From an uncultured Gemmatimonadales bacterium (GTDB lineage Bacteria; Gemmatimonadota; Gemmatimonadetes; Gemmatimonadales; GWC2-71-9): a stretch of 64,000 nucleotides of DNA. Under the pieces are notes generated by a model. It had not been told where the DNA came from, did not search any database, and was given only the letters and a program-made list of their open reading frames with translations. Position numbers and translations under genes: made by a program. Below, piece by piece: positions 16,835 to 26,639 of the stretch. The stretch spans positions 652,705 through 716,704 of the forward strand of contig CAVSPJ010000008.1 of assembly GCA_963729985.1 (NCBI GenBank). Direction: 5' to 3'. Position 1 is the first letter of the stretch. Every line of letters begins with the position of its first letter.

Positions 16835-17221
16835 ATGCCGGAAACACCGGACACTACCGCCTACCCCTATACCACTCACCTCGACATCAAGTTCGGGCCG
16901 CTGGAGCGCATGGACGTGCCGGCGCTGGTGGCGGCCTGTGCCGACCGGTGGTACAACCAGACCCTCTGCCGCGTCAACGACGCGGTGGTGCGGCTCGGCG
17001 TCGTGCAGGGGGAGTACCACTGGCACAAGCACGACGCCGATGATGAGTTCTTCTATGTGGTCAGCGGTCGCTTCTGGATCGATCTGGAGGATCGCGTGAT
17101 CGAGCTCGGGACGGGCCAGGGCGTGGTCGTGCCCAAAGGGGTGGTCCACCGCCCGCGCGCGCCGGAACGATCGGTCATTCTCATGGTGGAGACCGCCGGG
17201 ATCGTACCGACGGGCGACTAG
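16835..17221 (+). CDS. cupin-domain protein
   Basis: ...GEYHWHKHDADDEFFYVVSGRFWIDL...GQGVVVPKGVVHRP... Confidence 0.7.
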   Translation: MPETPDTTAYPYTTHLDIKFGPLERMDVPALVAACADRWYNQTLCRVNDAVVRLGVVQGEYHWHKHDADDEFFYVVSGRFWIDLEDRVIELGTGQGVVVPKGVVHRPRAPERSVILMVETAGIVPTGD

Positions 17222-17328
17222 GGACGGGTCACTGTCTCTCGCCCGCAGGTGATGCGGCCTGAGCCGCCCTTGAGTCGACGGGCATCCGGTCCGCGTCACC
17301 GGCGCCATGACCCCCCGCAGTCCAACGC

Positions 17329-17964
17329 ATGACGTTGGGCCGCTCCACTCCAGCTAGAGGAACGAGTATCTCTGGACCTGTGGAGCAGCGGAGCAACCGC
17401 CTCGTGCTCGCCATCGGCTTGGTTTGGCTGGGGCTCGCCCTCGCCCTGGGCGCCTCGGGGAGGCTGGCGGGCCTGCGGCCCCCGGCCCCGCAGCTCGTCC
17501 TCCTGGGGCTGACCGCGGTGACCGTGCTCGCGGGGGTGTGGGTTCCTTCACTGCGCGCGTGGGCGCTCCGGGTCGACCTTCGGGGTGTCGTGGCGCTGCA
17601 TCTCAGCCGCTTCGTCGGCATTTATTTTCTGGTGCTCTACCAGCGGGGAGAGCTCCCTTACGCGTTCGCTGTGCCCGGGGGCTCGGGAGACATCCTGGTG
17701 GCTGCCCTGGCCCTCGTCCTGTTGCTCGGGGCGCCTCCGAGGACCAGGGGACGGCGCCTGGCGTATGTGGCCTGGAACGTCGTGGGGCTGGTGGACATCC
17801 TGTTCGTCGTAGCCACGGCCGCACGCCTTGCCCTGGGGGATCCTGGTTCCATGGCGGCGTTGCTGAAGCTGCCGCTCAGCCTCCTGCCGACGTACCTGGT
17901 GCCGTTGATCATCGCGAGTCACGTTCTGATCGCGGTGCGCCTGGCGAGAGGCACACCCGCGTGA
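17329..17964 (+). CDS. hypothetical integral membrane protein
   Basis: 211-aa ORF with 5-6 TM segments. The start is uncertain. Stop TGA lies inside GCGTGAC. Confidence 0.5.
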   Translation: MTLGRSTPARGTSISGPVEQRSNRLVLAIGLVWLGLALALGASGRLAGLRPPAPQLVLLGLTAVTVLAGVWVPSLRAWALRVDLRGVVALHLSRFVGIYFLVLYQRGELPYAFAVPGGSGDILVAALALVLLLGAPPRTRGRRLAYVAWNVVGLVDILFVVATAARLALGDPGSMAALLKLPLSLLPTYLVPLIIASHVLIAVRLARGTPA

Positions 17965-18025
17965 CGATCGCCTTCAGCCCGCCCCTCCAGAGGTCCGATC
18001 GGGGGCGCGGCTGGGTGAGTTCGGC
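17959..18025 (+). repeat. attC-like site
   Basis: GCGTGAC (17959-17965) ... GTTCGGC (18019-18025). 67 bp. Confidence 0.4.
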
Positions 18026-18094
18026 ATCACACTCCGGCAGGTCGGCTGACGCGGTGGATTGCGGGCCACGCCGGGGCGAGACGTAGATTGGGGG

Positions 18095-18625
18095 ATGGTA
18101 CCGCGTGTCTGGACGGTGGGCCACTCCACCAGGTCCCTGGACGAGTTCCTGGAATTGCTGGCGGCCCACGACATCGAGATGGTCGCCGATGTGCGCCGCT
18201 TCCCCGGCAGCCGCCGATGGCCACATTTCGGGCGCGAGCCCCTCGCCAAGGCTCTCGCGGCCGGTGGCCTCGGCTACGAATCGTTTCCGGAACTCGGTGG
18301 GCGGCGCCGACCCCAGGCTGATTCAATCAACACGGCGTGGCGCAGCGAGGCATTCCGCGGCTACGCGGATTACATGGCGACCGAGCTATTTGCCGAGGGT
18401 CTGGTGCGCCTCGCGGGGCTCGGCTGTGGTTTCCGGACGGCCATCATGTGCGCGGAAGCCGTCTGGTGGCGGTGTCACCGGGCGCTGATCGCCGACGGGC
18501 TCCGCTGGGCGGGCTTCGAGGTCTACCACATCATGGGTCCAACGGCTCCCGTCCCTCACCCGTACACCTCCGCCGCCCGAATCAGAGGGGGCCTCTTGAG
18601 CTACTCGGCTAGCGACGTCGCTTGA
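18095..18625 (+). CDS. DUF488 family protein
   Basis: VWTVGHSTRSLDEFLELLAAHDIEMVADVRRFPGSRRWPHF...AIMCAEAVWWRCHR. Confidence 0.75.
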   Translation: MVPRVWTVGHSTRSLDEFLELLAAHDIEMVADVRRFPGSRRWPHFGREPLAKALAAGGLGYESFPELGGRRRPQADSINTAWRSEAFRGYADYMATELFAEGLVRLAGLGCGFRTAIMCAEAVWWRCHRALIADGLRWAGFEVYHIMGPTAPVPHPYTSAARIRGGLLSYSASDVA

Positions 18626-18670
18626 CTACGCACGGCTCGCCTCGAGCCTTCAACTACTCAGGGGGGAACC

Positions 18671-19225
18671 ATGACGCGGAGCAAGGTCGGAAGTAGTGTG
18701 CTGCTGGTGTTCGTGCTGGCCGGATCAGGAGCGGCCGGCGCGGCGCAGGCCCAGGATTTTCGCGTCACCCGCATCCCGGCGCCCGGAGGCGAGGTCGTCT
18801 TCGCGAACCCCGGCGAGCGCGAGGAGATGTACGACCAGTTGACCTATGCCGCGGCACGACGGGCGGGCGACTTCGTGTTCCTGTCCGGAGTCGAAGCCGG
18901 TCCGCTCAAGGGCGAGGGGACCGATCCCGAAGCTCACAAGGTGCAGCTGCGTCGTGCCTTCAAGGCCATCAACGCCAGTCTGGTCGCGGCCGGGGCGGAC
19001 TTCTCGCACGTGGTGCAATTGCAGACCTTCCACAACTGCAAGACCCCCAATTTCAGTGGCGACTTCAACGATCAGCTGGGTGCCATGCTGGCCGTCAAGG
19101 CCGAGTTCATGAAGCCGCCCTATTCGACCTGGACGGCGATTTGCATCGATCGCCACTACAGCGACAATACCGTGGTCGAAATTGAGGTGACGGCCTATGC
19201 GCCGAAGGCCAAGCCGGGGCGCTGA
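18671..19225 (+). CDS. RidA/YjgF family protein with signal peptide
   Basis: Signal peptide followed by ...GDFVFLSGV...AFKAINASLVAAGADFSHVVQLQTF... Confidence 0.65.
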   Translation: MTRSKVGSSVLLVFVLAGSGAAGAAQAQDFRVTRIPAPGGEVVFANPGEREEMYDQLTYAAARRAGDFVFLSGVEAGPLKGEGTDPEAHKVQLRRAFKAINASLVAAGADFSHVVQLQTFHNCKTPNFSGDFNDQLGAMLAVKAEFMKPPYSTWTAICIDRHYSDNTVVEIEVTAYAPKAKPGR

Positions 19226-19253
19226 TGCCATGTCCGAGCCTCGACGCAGTCGT

Positions 19254-20195
19254 CTACTCGTCGGCTACCAGGGCGCTTGCCAGCGAGACCCGGTAGAAGG
19301 TGGAGAAGTCTCTCACGAACAGCAGGTAACAGCCGTCGGGTGAGGCAAGCGGGAAGTTTTCCGTCCGAGCTTGGGTGTTCACTTCCGCGCCCAGCGGTCG
19401 AGGTTCCGTCCACCGTTGCCCGGTGCGGACAGTGACCCACAGGTCGGAGGGCATCGGTTGCCGGGTGTTGGGATTGAGTCTCGAAATCTCCAAGATCACA
19501 AAGGAGCCGTCGGCCCCCGGGATGCCGCCCCAGACCCGGATGTCGCCGCGCCAGTCGACCCACTGCTGCACCGGCGTGAAGATGGTGGGGGCCTGGTAGG
19601 CATGACCGTCCCAGTGCGTCACCAGCGTCTGCGTCGTTCGCCAATCGGGGGACGTCCTGCGAAACACGATGTGGTCTCCCCAGAAGACCGGCTGAGAGTG
19701 GTAGCTGCCCGGTTCGGTGGCGGCCAGTATCGGCACGGGTCGATCCCAACCCTGACCCAGGCGGTCAGCGTACCACAGGCTTGCACTGGGATGGCTGGAT
19801 GTGTCGCCAGGGATGGGCCGGTACGATGTGAAAACGAGGCGGTGCCCATCCGTAGAGAGCGCCGGATACAGGTCCGAATAGTCCGCGCCGAGCCTCAGGT
19901 GTTCCGGGGAGGACCAGGTGCTCCCATCCAACCGGGTGACGAAGATCCGGTAGTCTTCGGCCTGGGGATCGGTAGCCACCTTCTTGAAGAAGTAGAATTC
20001 CCGGGGATCGAGCCCGACCGCTCCCCGAAAGATCCTGCCGGAGTCCGCCAGCGCGGGGGCAAAGATGGCGGTAGGTGGCGCCAACGAGTCGCAGGGAGGC
20101 GAGTGAGGCCTCTGGACCCGGCTGAAGCGGAGTTCGGCAGCATTGCCGCTCGACAGGAAGCCGATTGAGATGACGCACATCAGGTGCTTTCTCAT
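19254..20195 (-). CDS. secreted TolB/PD40-like beta-propeller protein
   Basis: Signal peptide MRKHLMCVISIGFL, then ...YPALSTDGHRLVFTSYR...FPLASPDGCYLLFV... Confidence 0.55.
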   Translation of the reverse strand: MRKHLMCVISIGFLSSGNAAELRFSRVQRPHSPPCDSLAPPTAIFAPALADSGRIFRGAVGLDPREFYFFKKVATDPQAEDYRIFVTRLDGSTWSSPEHLRLGADYSDLYPALSTDGHRLVFTSYRPIPGDTSSHPSASLWYADRLGQGWDRPVPILAATEPGSYHSQPVFWGDHIVFRRTSPDWRTTQTLVTHWDGHAYQAPTIFTPVQQWVDWRGDIRVWGGIPGADGSFVILEISRLNPNTRQPMPSDLWVTVRTGQRWTEPRPLGAEVNTQARTENFPLASPDGCYLLFVRDFSTFYRVSLASALVADE

Positions 20196-20282
20196 GACGC
20201 GGTCTCGTCGGTAGGTTATGGCAGACAATCGAAGTAGTCGTCGAGGGGATCACACCGCTGACTCACCCAACCGGAGGATGAC

Positions 20283-20459
20283 ATGGCTAAGAAAATGCGC
20301 TGCCGCGACCTTGGGATGAATTGCGAGTTTGAGGCGAACGCGGACACGGATGAGGAGATCCTCCGCCAGGCCTCGGCTCACGCGCGCAGCGCACATCAGA
20401 TCACGGACATGCCGCCCGAACTGACGGCCAAGGTTCGCGCCGCGATTCGCACCGTCTAG
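20283..20459 (+). CDS. DUF1059 family small protein
   Basis: MAKKMRCRDLGMNCEFEANADTDEEILRQASAHARSAH... with GGAGGA as SD. 58 aa, below the track cutoff. Confidence 0.65.
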   Translation: MAKKMRCRDLGMNCEFEANADTDEEILRQASAHARSAHQITDMPPELTAKVRAAIRTV

Positions 20460-20486
20460 CGGCCGTCAGAGTCGGGGCGGTCGGGC

Positions 20487-20978
20487 CTAAGGGGCCATCG
20501 GCCCCCACATGCGACTCTGGATGCGCCAGTGGCCGTCGGGCATCCGGGAGAACACGGTCAACGCCATGGTCTGGCTGGTCTGTTCGACGCGCTGGGCGTC
20601 CTTCTCGTAGACGAAGCTCAGCCGACCCGTGCCCCGCATGTAGGCCAGGTTCCCAGTGCCAGCGAGCTCGTCCACCGTCGTGGTGTATTGGGTCACGCGC
20701 GTGTGAGATCCGTCTCGCGGCCACCAGAACTGCTGAATGGCTTCCATGGTCGCGAGGGGCCTACCGCCGGGCGGCATGAGGACGGCATCAGGCGCCAGCG
20801 TCGCCAGGACCGCCGCGGTGTCGTCCCGCAGCCAGGCCTGAACGTAGGCCTGGTCGGCGGCATGGAGTGCCGCGGAGTCGACGGTGCCGAGAGGGGTGTC
20901 GCGTGACTGGCCCGCGCAGGCCGCGACGAGGAGCCACGTGATCGCTACGGCGCAGCGAGACGCTCGATGGGGACGCAC
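20487..20978 (-). CDS. SnoaL-like/DUF4440 lipoprotein
   Basis: Lipobox LLVAACAG, then ...AADQAYVQAWLRDDTAAVLATLAPDAVLMPPG... Confidence 0.6.
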   Translation of the reverse strand: MRPHRASRCAVAITWLLVAACAGQSRDTPLGTVDSAALHAADQAYVQAWLRDDTAAVLATLAPDAVLMPPGGRPLATMEAIQQFWWPRDGSHTRVTQYTTTVDELAGTGNLAYMRGTGRLSFVYEKDAQRVEQTSQTMALTVFSRMPDGHWRIQSRMWGPMAP

Positions 20979-21055
20979 AGTCCCTCCGGAGGAGTAAGCG
21001 GGGCTCTCGTGACCGGACGACCGCCCGCGGCGGCGTCTTGCGCGCTGGCGCTTCG

Positions 21056-21490
21056 TCAGGCCGGCGCGATCTCACCCTCGCGAGCCCCAGAGCTCCCGAG
21101 ATGGAACGCCCCGGGCCCGAGCAGCGCGAGCGCCAGCGCCGGGGCGAGGCGCACCGCCATCTGTGGCCACCAATCGAGAGGGCCGGCACTCCAGTTGAGG
21201 GGAGTCAGGATCACGAGTGTGTCGATAAACACCAACGTGGCCGCGACAGGCATCCTCAGCCCCAGGACCAGCAGAAGCCCGGCCGCGATTTCCAAGCTCA
21301 GGTTGAAACCGGTGGCCACGGCTGGCGCGGGGAACTGCTGACTGGCAAAGTACTGGACCCGTACGGGGAAGGTGAACAGCTTTACCAGACCGTACGGGAG
21401 AAAGATCGCGGCCAGCCCCAGGCGGAGCACAAGCAGCGCCCAGGCCGCGCGGCGAACGGGAACCTGCAGCATGGCGTGTCCGCTGGGCAT
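21056..21490 (-). CDS. DoxX family membrane protein
   Basis: ...ALLVLRLGLAAIFLPYGLVKLF... The start is M63 or M69 of the track ORF. Confidence 0.65.
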   Translation of the reverse strand: MPSGHAMLQVPVRRAAWALLVLRLGLAAIFLPYGLVKLFTFPVRVQYFASQQFPAPAVATGFNLSLEIAAGLLLVLGLRMPVAATLVFIDTLVILTPLNWSAGPLDWWPQMAVRLAPALALALLGPGAFHLGSSGAREGEIAPA

Positions 21491-21750
21491 CGTCGAGCTC
21501 CGGAGGGTAGGGCCTTTCTCCAGACGACGGGACCGAGGGAACGGTTTCGATGGGGAGCGGACATCGTGACGTACCTTCGACTCAATGGCATCATGCCACC
21601 GTCGAGCCGGCCTGGGTGAGGGGGTGCGGCTGACGTTCGTGGCGACCACCGACGCCTTGAGTGCGGTCACCCGCACGGTCGAAGCCGAGCGTCAGTGCTG
21701 CCGGTTGCTACGAAGGCGGAACGCACATCGAGCACTCGAGGTTAGCGAAA

Positions 21751-22122
21751 ATGAATCTGCCGGAACCTGTCAGCCTGGCCGCGAAGCTGGCCGCCATCAC
21801 CGAGCATTGGCGGCCCCGTGTCGTCGGTGAGCTCAATGGTCAAGCCGTCAAGGTCGCAAAGCTCAAGGGCGAGTTCGTCTGGCATCATCACGATGCCGAA
21901 GACGAGTTGTTCCTGGTGCTCTCCGGGCAGCTGCGCCTGGAGTTCCGCGATGGAGTACGGGAACTGAATCCCGGCGAGTTTCTCGTCGTGCCGCGCGGGG
22001 TGGAGCATCGGCCGGTCGCGGCCGAGGAAACGGCCGTGCTGCTGTTCGAGCCATTGGGTGTGCTCAACACCGGCAATGTGACGCATGCGACCTTCACGGC
22101 TCCAGTGGACGCGCGGGCATAA
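21751..22122 (+). CDS. cupin-domain protein
   Basis: ...GEFVWHHHDAEDELFLVLSGQLRLEF...GEFLVVPRGVEHRP... Confidence 0.7.
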   Translation: MNLPEPVSLAAKLAAITEHWRPRVVGELNGQAVKVAKLKGEFVWHHHDAEDELFLVLSGQLRLEFRDGVRELNPGEFLVVPRGVEHRPVAAEETAVLLFEPLGVLNTGNVTHATFTAPVDARA

Positions 22123-22513
22123 CGGGCCCTACCGACAAGAAGTGTCTGCGTAGAGCCCCTGGCGGGGCGTCCAGCCCGCCGACCCGGGCGTCAAGCCGCG
22201 GCAGTCGTCAGGGTCTGCGGCTTCTCGACCCGCCGCGCCCGCCCGCGAATACCCTCATTGCGGTGGCAAGCCTGGCACGCCCGGACCTGTGTTGCTGGAG
22301 ATCGAGGCGGTGGTGGACCTGCCCAAGGGACGACAACGGTAGGGTTCGAGGCGCGCGGACTCACCCGACTGGAACAACGGTGCGGCGGGGCTTTGCATAC
22401 GCGGGTGATGCCGGTAGGCTCCAAGACACTCTGGGCGCCGAGTGCTTCCACCTGTCGTTAATCCACGCCGGACTCCGCATGGATCACCGGGCTCAACTCG
22501 AGGTGCTCCCCGC

Positions 22514-22981
22514 ATGCCGTTCGGTAGCTTCGTCCCGAAGAACCCCAAGTACGAGGTGGTCGTGCGTGAGAGTTTTGGGCGCCAATCGCTCATGGCGACG
22601 CTCGGGGCCAGCATCGTTCACCTCGCGCCGGGCGAGGTTGGCCTGAGGCTGCCCTACTCGCCGGCCCTGTGCCAGCAGAACCGGTACCTTCACGCCGGGG
22701 CGGTGGCGAGCATCGCCGATTCGGCGAACGGCTACGCCGCGTACACCCTGGCCCCCGCGGACACCGACGTGCTGGCGGTCGAGTTCAAGATTAATCTCCT
22801 GGCGCCGGCCGAAGGTACTCACTTCGTCGCCTCCGGCCGAGTCGTACGGGCCGGGAGCACGCTGACCGTGTGCCTCGCGGAGGTGGTCGCGCATGAAGGG
22901 CCGCGGCAGGCGCTGATCGCGACGATGCTGTCCACCATCATCATACGGCCCCGAGGGCACCTCGCGGAGGGCGCAGCCTGA
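22514..22981 (+). CDS. PaaI-family hotdog-fold thioesterase
   Basis: ...LHAGAVASIADSANGYAAY...EFKINLLAPA...GRVVRAGSTLTVC... Confidence 0.7.
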   Translation: MPFGSFVPKNPKYEVVVRESFGRQSLMATLGASIVHLAPGEVGLRLPYSPALCQQNRYLHAGAVASIADSANGYAAYTLAPADTDVLAVEFKINLLAPAEGTHFVASGRVVRAGSTLTVCLAEVVAHEGPRQALIATMLSTIIIRPRGHLAEGAA

Positions 22982-23040
22982 GGAAGGGCGGTCGCAAGGG
23001 CGGGGCAGGAGGGATCGGGCCACTGAAACGGGAGGATACC

Positions 23041-23418
23041 ATGAGTCAGTTCGCGTGGCTGGAGCAGGTGGCCACTCTGAGGGCCATGCTGGACACGCTC
23101 GAAACTCAGGTTGCCAGCGGGGACCTAGGCTCGTCCGGGCTGGAGGAGTTCAAGAACGCCCTGGACGATCTGCGGCTCCGGGCCTGGAGTCTGCTCATGG
23201 CCACCAACTCGGCTGATCCGCCCGGGTTTCACGTGCGGTTCCGGACCCGTCGGGGAACCGACATGTGCCGTGCCCTCAGCACGGACGTGCGGGCGGGCAA
23301 GCTGAGTGGCAGCCAGGCCGAGCTGCCGGCCATGGGCGCCGCCGCGCAGGACCTGGCGGCGGCGGTGAAGGCGGTGACCCGGAAGCCGTCGAAACGGCGA
23401 GGCAAGGATGTCGGCTGA
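23041..23418 (+). CDS. hypothetical protein
   Basis: 125-aa ORF. No family recognised. Confidence 0.45.
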   Translation: MSQFAWLEQVATLRAMLDTLETQVASGDLGSSGLEEFKNALDDLRLRAWSLLMATNSADPPGFHVRFRTRRGTDMCRALSTDVRAGKLSGSQAELPAMGAAAQDLAAAVKAVTRKPSKRRGKDVG

Positions 23419-23435
23419 CGTTCGCCGGCCGGTCC

Positions 23436-23566
23436 CGCGAACAAAACGCCCGGTCGAGTGCTTGACGCACCCGCCGGGTCGGAAGTCGTGGCAGAATTGA
23501 TCACCCAGGCTGCCGCGTGCCCTGGAGCCCGAAGGCTATGTCGTATGCAGCTGCGCCTGGTTAGGC
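23436..23566 (-). repeat. attC-like sequence in reverse orientation, 3' of csp
   Basis: On the - strand: GCCTAAC (contains the csp stop TAA) - CAGGCGCAGCTGCATACGAC ... GTTCGCG. It resembles the left arm of the array attCs. Confidence 0.3.
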
Positions 23567-23773
23567 GCCGAGCTTCGTGACGTTCTCCGCCGCGGGGCCT
23601 TTCTGACCCTGGACGACGTCGAACTCGACGCGCTCACCCTCGGCCAGGCTCTTGAAGCCCTGGGCCTGAATGGCCGAATGATGAACGAAGCAGTCCTTCT
23701 CTCCCCCTTCGGGGGTGATGAAACCAAAGCCTTTGGCGTCGTTGAACCATTTCACGGTACCGGTGGTGCGCAT
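23561..23773 (-). CDS. cold-shock protein (CspA family)
   Basis: [53 protein letters not shown]. 70 aa. Confidence 0.9.
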   Translation of the reverse strand: MRTTGTVKWFNDAKGFGFITPEGGEKDCFVHHSAIQAQGFKSLAEGERVEFDVVQGQKGPAAENVTKLGA

Positions 23774-24053
23774 TGCCGTACTCCTCAGTGTGTTCCTGTA
23801 ATCGGAGTTCGGCAGGGCCGGACCGACCGATTGCATGTACTCGTGACTGTGCCTCACGATGGGCTGCGGCCGCTCAGGTAGCAAACATAAAGGGCCCCGG
23901 CGTAACTCCCGGGACCCTTGCAGCTCCTTGGAATAGCATCGCACCGACGGCGCGACTGTCGCAGGACGGAAGTATACACGATTGGCCGGCGTTTCTCAAG
24001 GGGCATCCGCACCCGGCACCCGGCGGGTGCTCAGTTTCATCCATCGCCAGGCC

Positions 24054-25351
24054 CTAGATCGCCGACTTCGGACCGACCCCGGGACCACGAGATTCCCGCT
24101 CCGCCAGGATGATGCCGGCGACGAAGAGCAGCAGCATGGTGAGCACGAAGGTGCCGTACTCCTTGATGTACAGGTTCACGGTGCGGCCGACCAGGTCCTT
24201 GCCGCTGAGCCCCGTCGCCGCCATCGCGATTCCCAGGACCACAGCCGCGACGCGGTCCGGGAACGAAAGGTCCGCGAAGCGCACGGACAGGAACGCACAA
24301 AATACGAACAGCAGGAAGACCAGGTTCGCCGTAAACGTCACCGGAGAGAGCAGGAGACACGCCAGGAACACCACGCTGAGCTCGAAGGCCGACACCGGGA
24401 CGTGGCGACGTCGGAGGATCACGAGCATCGCGAGAAGCGGCCAGCAGCACGGCCGCCCAGAGCACCCGGTAGATGCGCTGTGCGGTCCCTCCGAAAGGTC
24501 GACGATCGGACGCCGGACGTCGTCGCCGCCCTCGGTCCGCAGCATCGTCCGATTGACGAACGACGCGATGTTGTGTCCCCGGGTGTAGGAGCCGACTTCA
24601 CCGTGCTGGTGCCCAGCCAGAAAGGAGTGGTAATACTCCGTGAGCTCGGCCGCGCCGGTCGCGGGGCCACGCACCAGCAACGGCAGGAGAACGCAGGCGG
24701 CCGCCAGCGGCGGAACGGCCAGCGCGGCGCGTCGCCGTCCCCGGATCGAGCAGCCAGGCGACGAAGAAGATCGGGACGAGCTTGATGGCGGTGGCCGTGA
24801 CGATGTACGCGGCCGCGGCCAGGTCCTGCTCCCGGAGATGGGCCCGCAGGCCGAGCAGCACGAGGACGAGGATGACCTCGTTCATCTGGACGTGGTGAAA
24901 GTTGTCGAGGAAGAACTGGGCGGACAGCAGCACGGCGAGGATCAGCGGCACCGGGGTCGACACGCGGCCCGTGGAGGTCCGCGCCACGATGTCCCGAGTC
25001 AGAACTGCCGCCACCACCCAGAGGACGAGGTTGAGCAACGAGAACAGAATCGGCGGCGACGGAGAGCGGGAGCACCCCGAGCGGTTGAAACACGAACGCC
25101 GCGAAGGGGGGGTACTTGAACACCCGGGCACCGGGAAGGTACCCGTGGTAGAGGGCGTCGCCGCTGGTGAAGTTGCGTCCAGCCTGCCAGAACACGTGGA
25201 AGTCGTGTCCGACGCGCTGGTCGAGGCCCTGCTCGATCGCGAGCGCCAGGGCCACGGCAATGACGCCGACGGTCAGGACGAGGTGTAGGCGGAGCGGAGA
25301 CGGGCCACGGCGGAAGATGCACGGGCCCTCGCCTGCCGTCCAGCAGGCCAC
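24054..25351 (-). pseudogene. DUF2029/GT87-like membrane glycosyltransferase, multiply frame-disrupted
   Basis: Family-like segments lie in at least 3 frames: GHDFHVFWQAGRNFTSGDALY...KYPPFAAFVFQPL; LNLVLWVVAAVL...TAIKLVPIFFVAWLL; C-terminal TM block ...LLLSPVTFTANLVFLLFVF... Confidence 0.5.
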
Positions 25352-25361
25352 CGGAAGGAGA

Positions 25362-26151
25362 GTGGGTTGGTCACCGAGAGGACGAGCTGAACGCCTTGGA
25401 CGATCGAAGAGACCCTGAGCAAGGTTCCCCAGGTCACGCTCATCTTCTGGGTCATCAAGATCGCCGCCACGACGCTGGGGGAGACCGCGGGCGATGCGGT
25501 GTCCATGTCGATGCACCTGGGCTACGCTCGTGGGGACGGCGATCTTCGGGGCGATCTTCGTCGTCGCAGTCATCGCCCAGATTCGGGCGAGCGGGTTTCC
25601 ATCCCTTCCTGTACTGGTCGACGATCATCGCCACGACGACCGTCGGCACGACGCTGGCCGACTTACGCGGATCGCTCCCTGGGTATCGGGTATGCCGGTG
25701 GCGCGTCGCTCCTGCTGGCCTGCGTGTTGGGGTCCTGTTCGTCTGGCACCGATCCCTGGGATCGATATCGGTCGACACCATCACCTCATCCCGAGCCGAG
25801 GTGTTCTACTGGGTGACGATCATGTTGTCCCAGACGCTGGGCACGGCACTGGGCGACTGGACCGCGGATACCGCCGGTCTCGGGTACGGCGGAGGCGCGC
25901 TCGTCTTCGGTGCCCTGCTCGCCCTGGTCGGCGCGGCCTACTTGTGGACGATCCTCTCGCGCACTCTTCTGTTCTGGGCCGCGTTCATTCTGACCCGGCC
26001 ACTGGGCGCCGTGGTCGGCGATCTGCTCGACAAGCCCCGTGACGCCGGTGGACTGGCGCTCAGCCGGTTCACCGCCACCGCGGTGCTCTTGTGGTTCATC
26101 GTGGCGTGCATCTTCGTCTTCCCACAGCGAGTCTCGCAAGGGGCCCATTGA
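25362..26151 (+). pseudogene. COG4705-like membrane-anchored protein, multiply frame-disrupted
   Basis: SKVPQVTLIFWVIKIAATTLGETAGDAVSMSMHLGY / VGTAIFGAIFVVAVIAQIRASGF / HPFLYWSTIIATTTVGTTLAD / DRSLGIGYAGGASLLLACVLGS / LFVWHRSLGSISVD... alternate between frames. Confidence 0.5.
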
Positions 26152-26180
26152 ATGAGCCATCCACCCGGTCGCGGCGCCCG

Positions 26181-26579
26181 ATGCTAAGAGTCGTTCGGCA
26201 GACCGTGACGTTGCCCGCGCCTCCGGGGGAGCTCTATGCGATGTACCTCGATTCCGCGGCGCACGCGGCCTTTACCGGCGGCGGCGCGGTGACGATTCGG
26301 GCATCAGCCGGCAGCGAGTGGAGCGCCTTCGACGGCCGGATCCACGGTCGCGTGCTCGCCCTCACCCCCGCATGCCAGATCGTGCAGAGCTGGCGGAGCT
26401 TCGAATGGCAGGCGGAGGACGTGGATTCCGTGTTGGTGCTGGCGTTCACCGCCGACGGAACCGGAACCCAGGTCGAGCTGGTCCACGTGGCGGTCCCGGA
26501 GCGACTGTACGACACCCTGACGAGCGGCTGGGCGAGTCGATATTGGGAGCCGTGGCGAACCTATCTCGAGGCCCGCTGA
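26181..26579 (+). CDS. SRPBCC (AHSA1/START-like) domain protein
   Basis: MLRVVRQTVTLPAPPGELYAMYLDSAAHAAFTGG...SWRSFEW... Confidence 0.6.
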   Translation: MLRVVRQTVTLPAPPGELYAMYLDSAAHAAFTGGGAVTIRASAGSEWSAFDGRIHGRVLALTPACQIVQSWRSFEWQAEDVDSVLVLAFTADGTGTQVELVHVAVPERLYDTLTSGWASRYWEPWRTYLEAR

Positions 26580-26639
26580 GTCGGGTGGTGCGGCGGCGCC
26601 GCGCTTGGTGACCTAACCCTGCGAACAAAGGTTGCTACA

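Noticed and set aside
22335-22365. GGTTCGAGG resembling a tRNA T-loop
   Set aside because: No complementary acceptor or T stem and no upstream D-arm were found, so it is not a tRNA.
24419-25573. 384-aa - strand ORF as an intact gene
   Set aside because: Only its middle (~LHLVLTVGV...KYPPFAAFVFQPL) looks like GT87/DUF2029. Both flanks are out-of-frame read-through, so it is reported instead as part of a frame-disrupted pseudogene.
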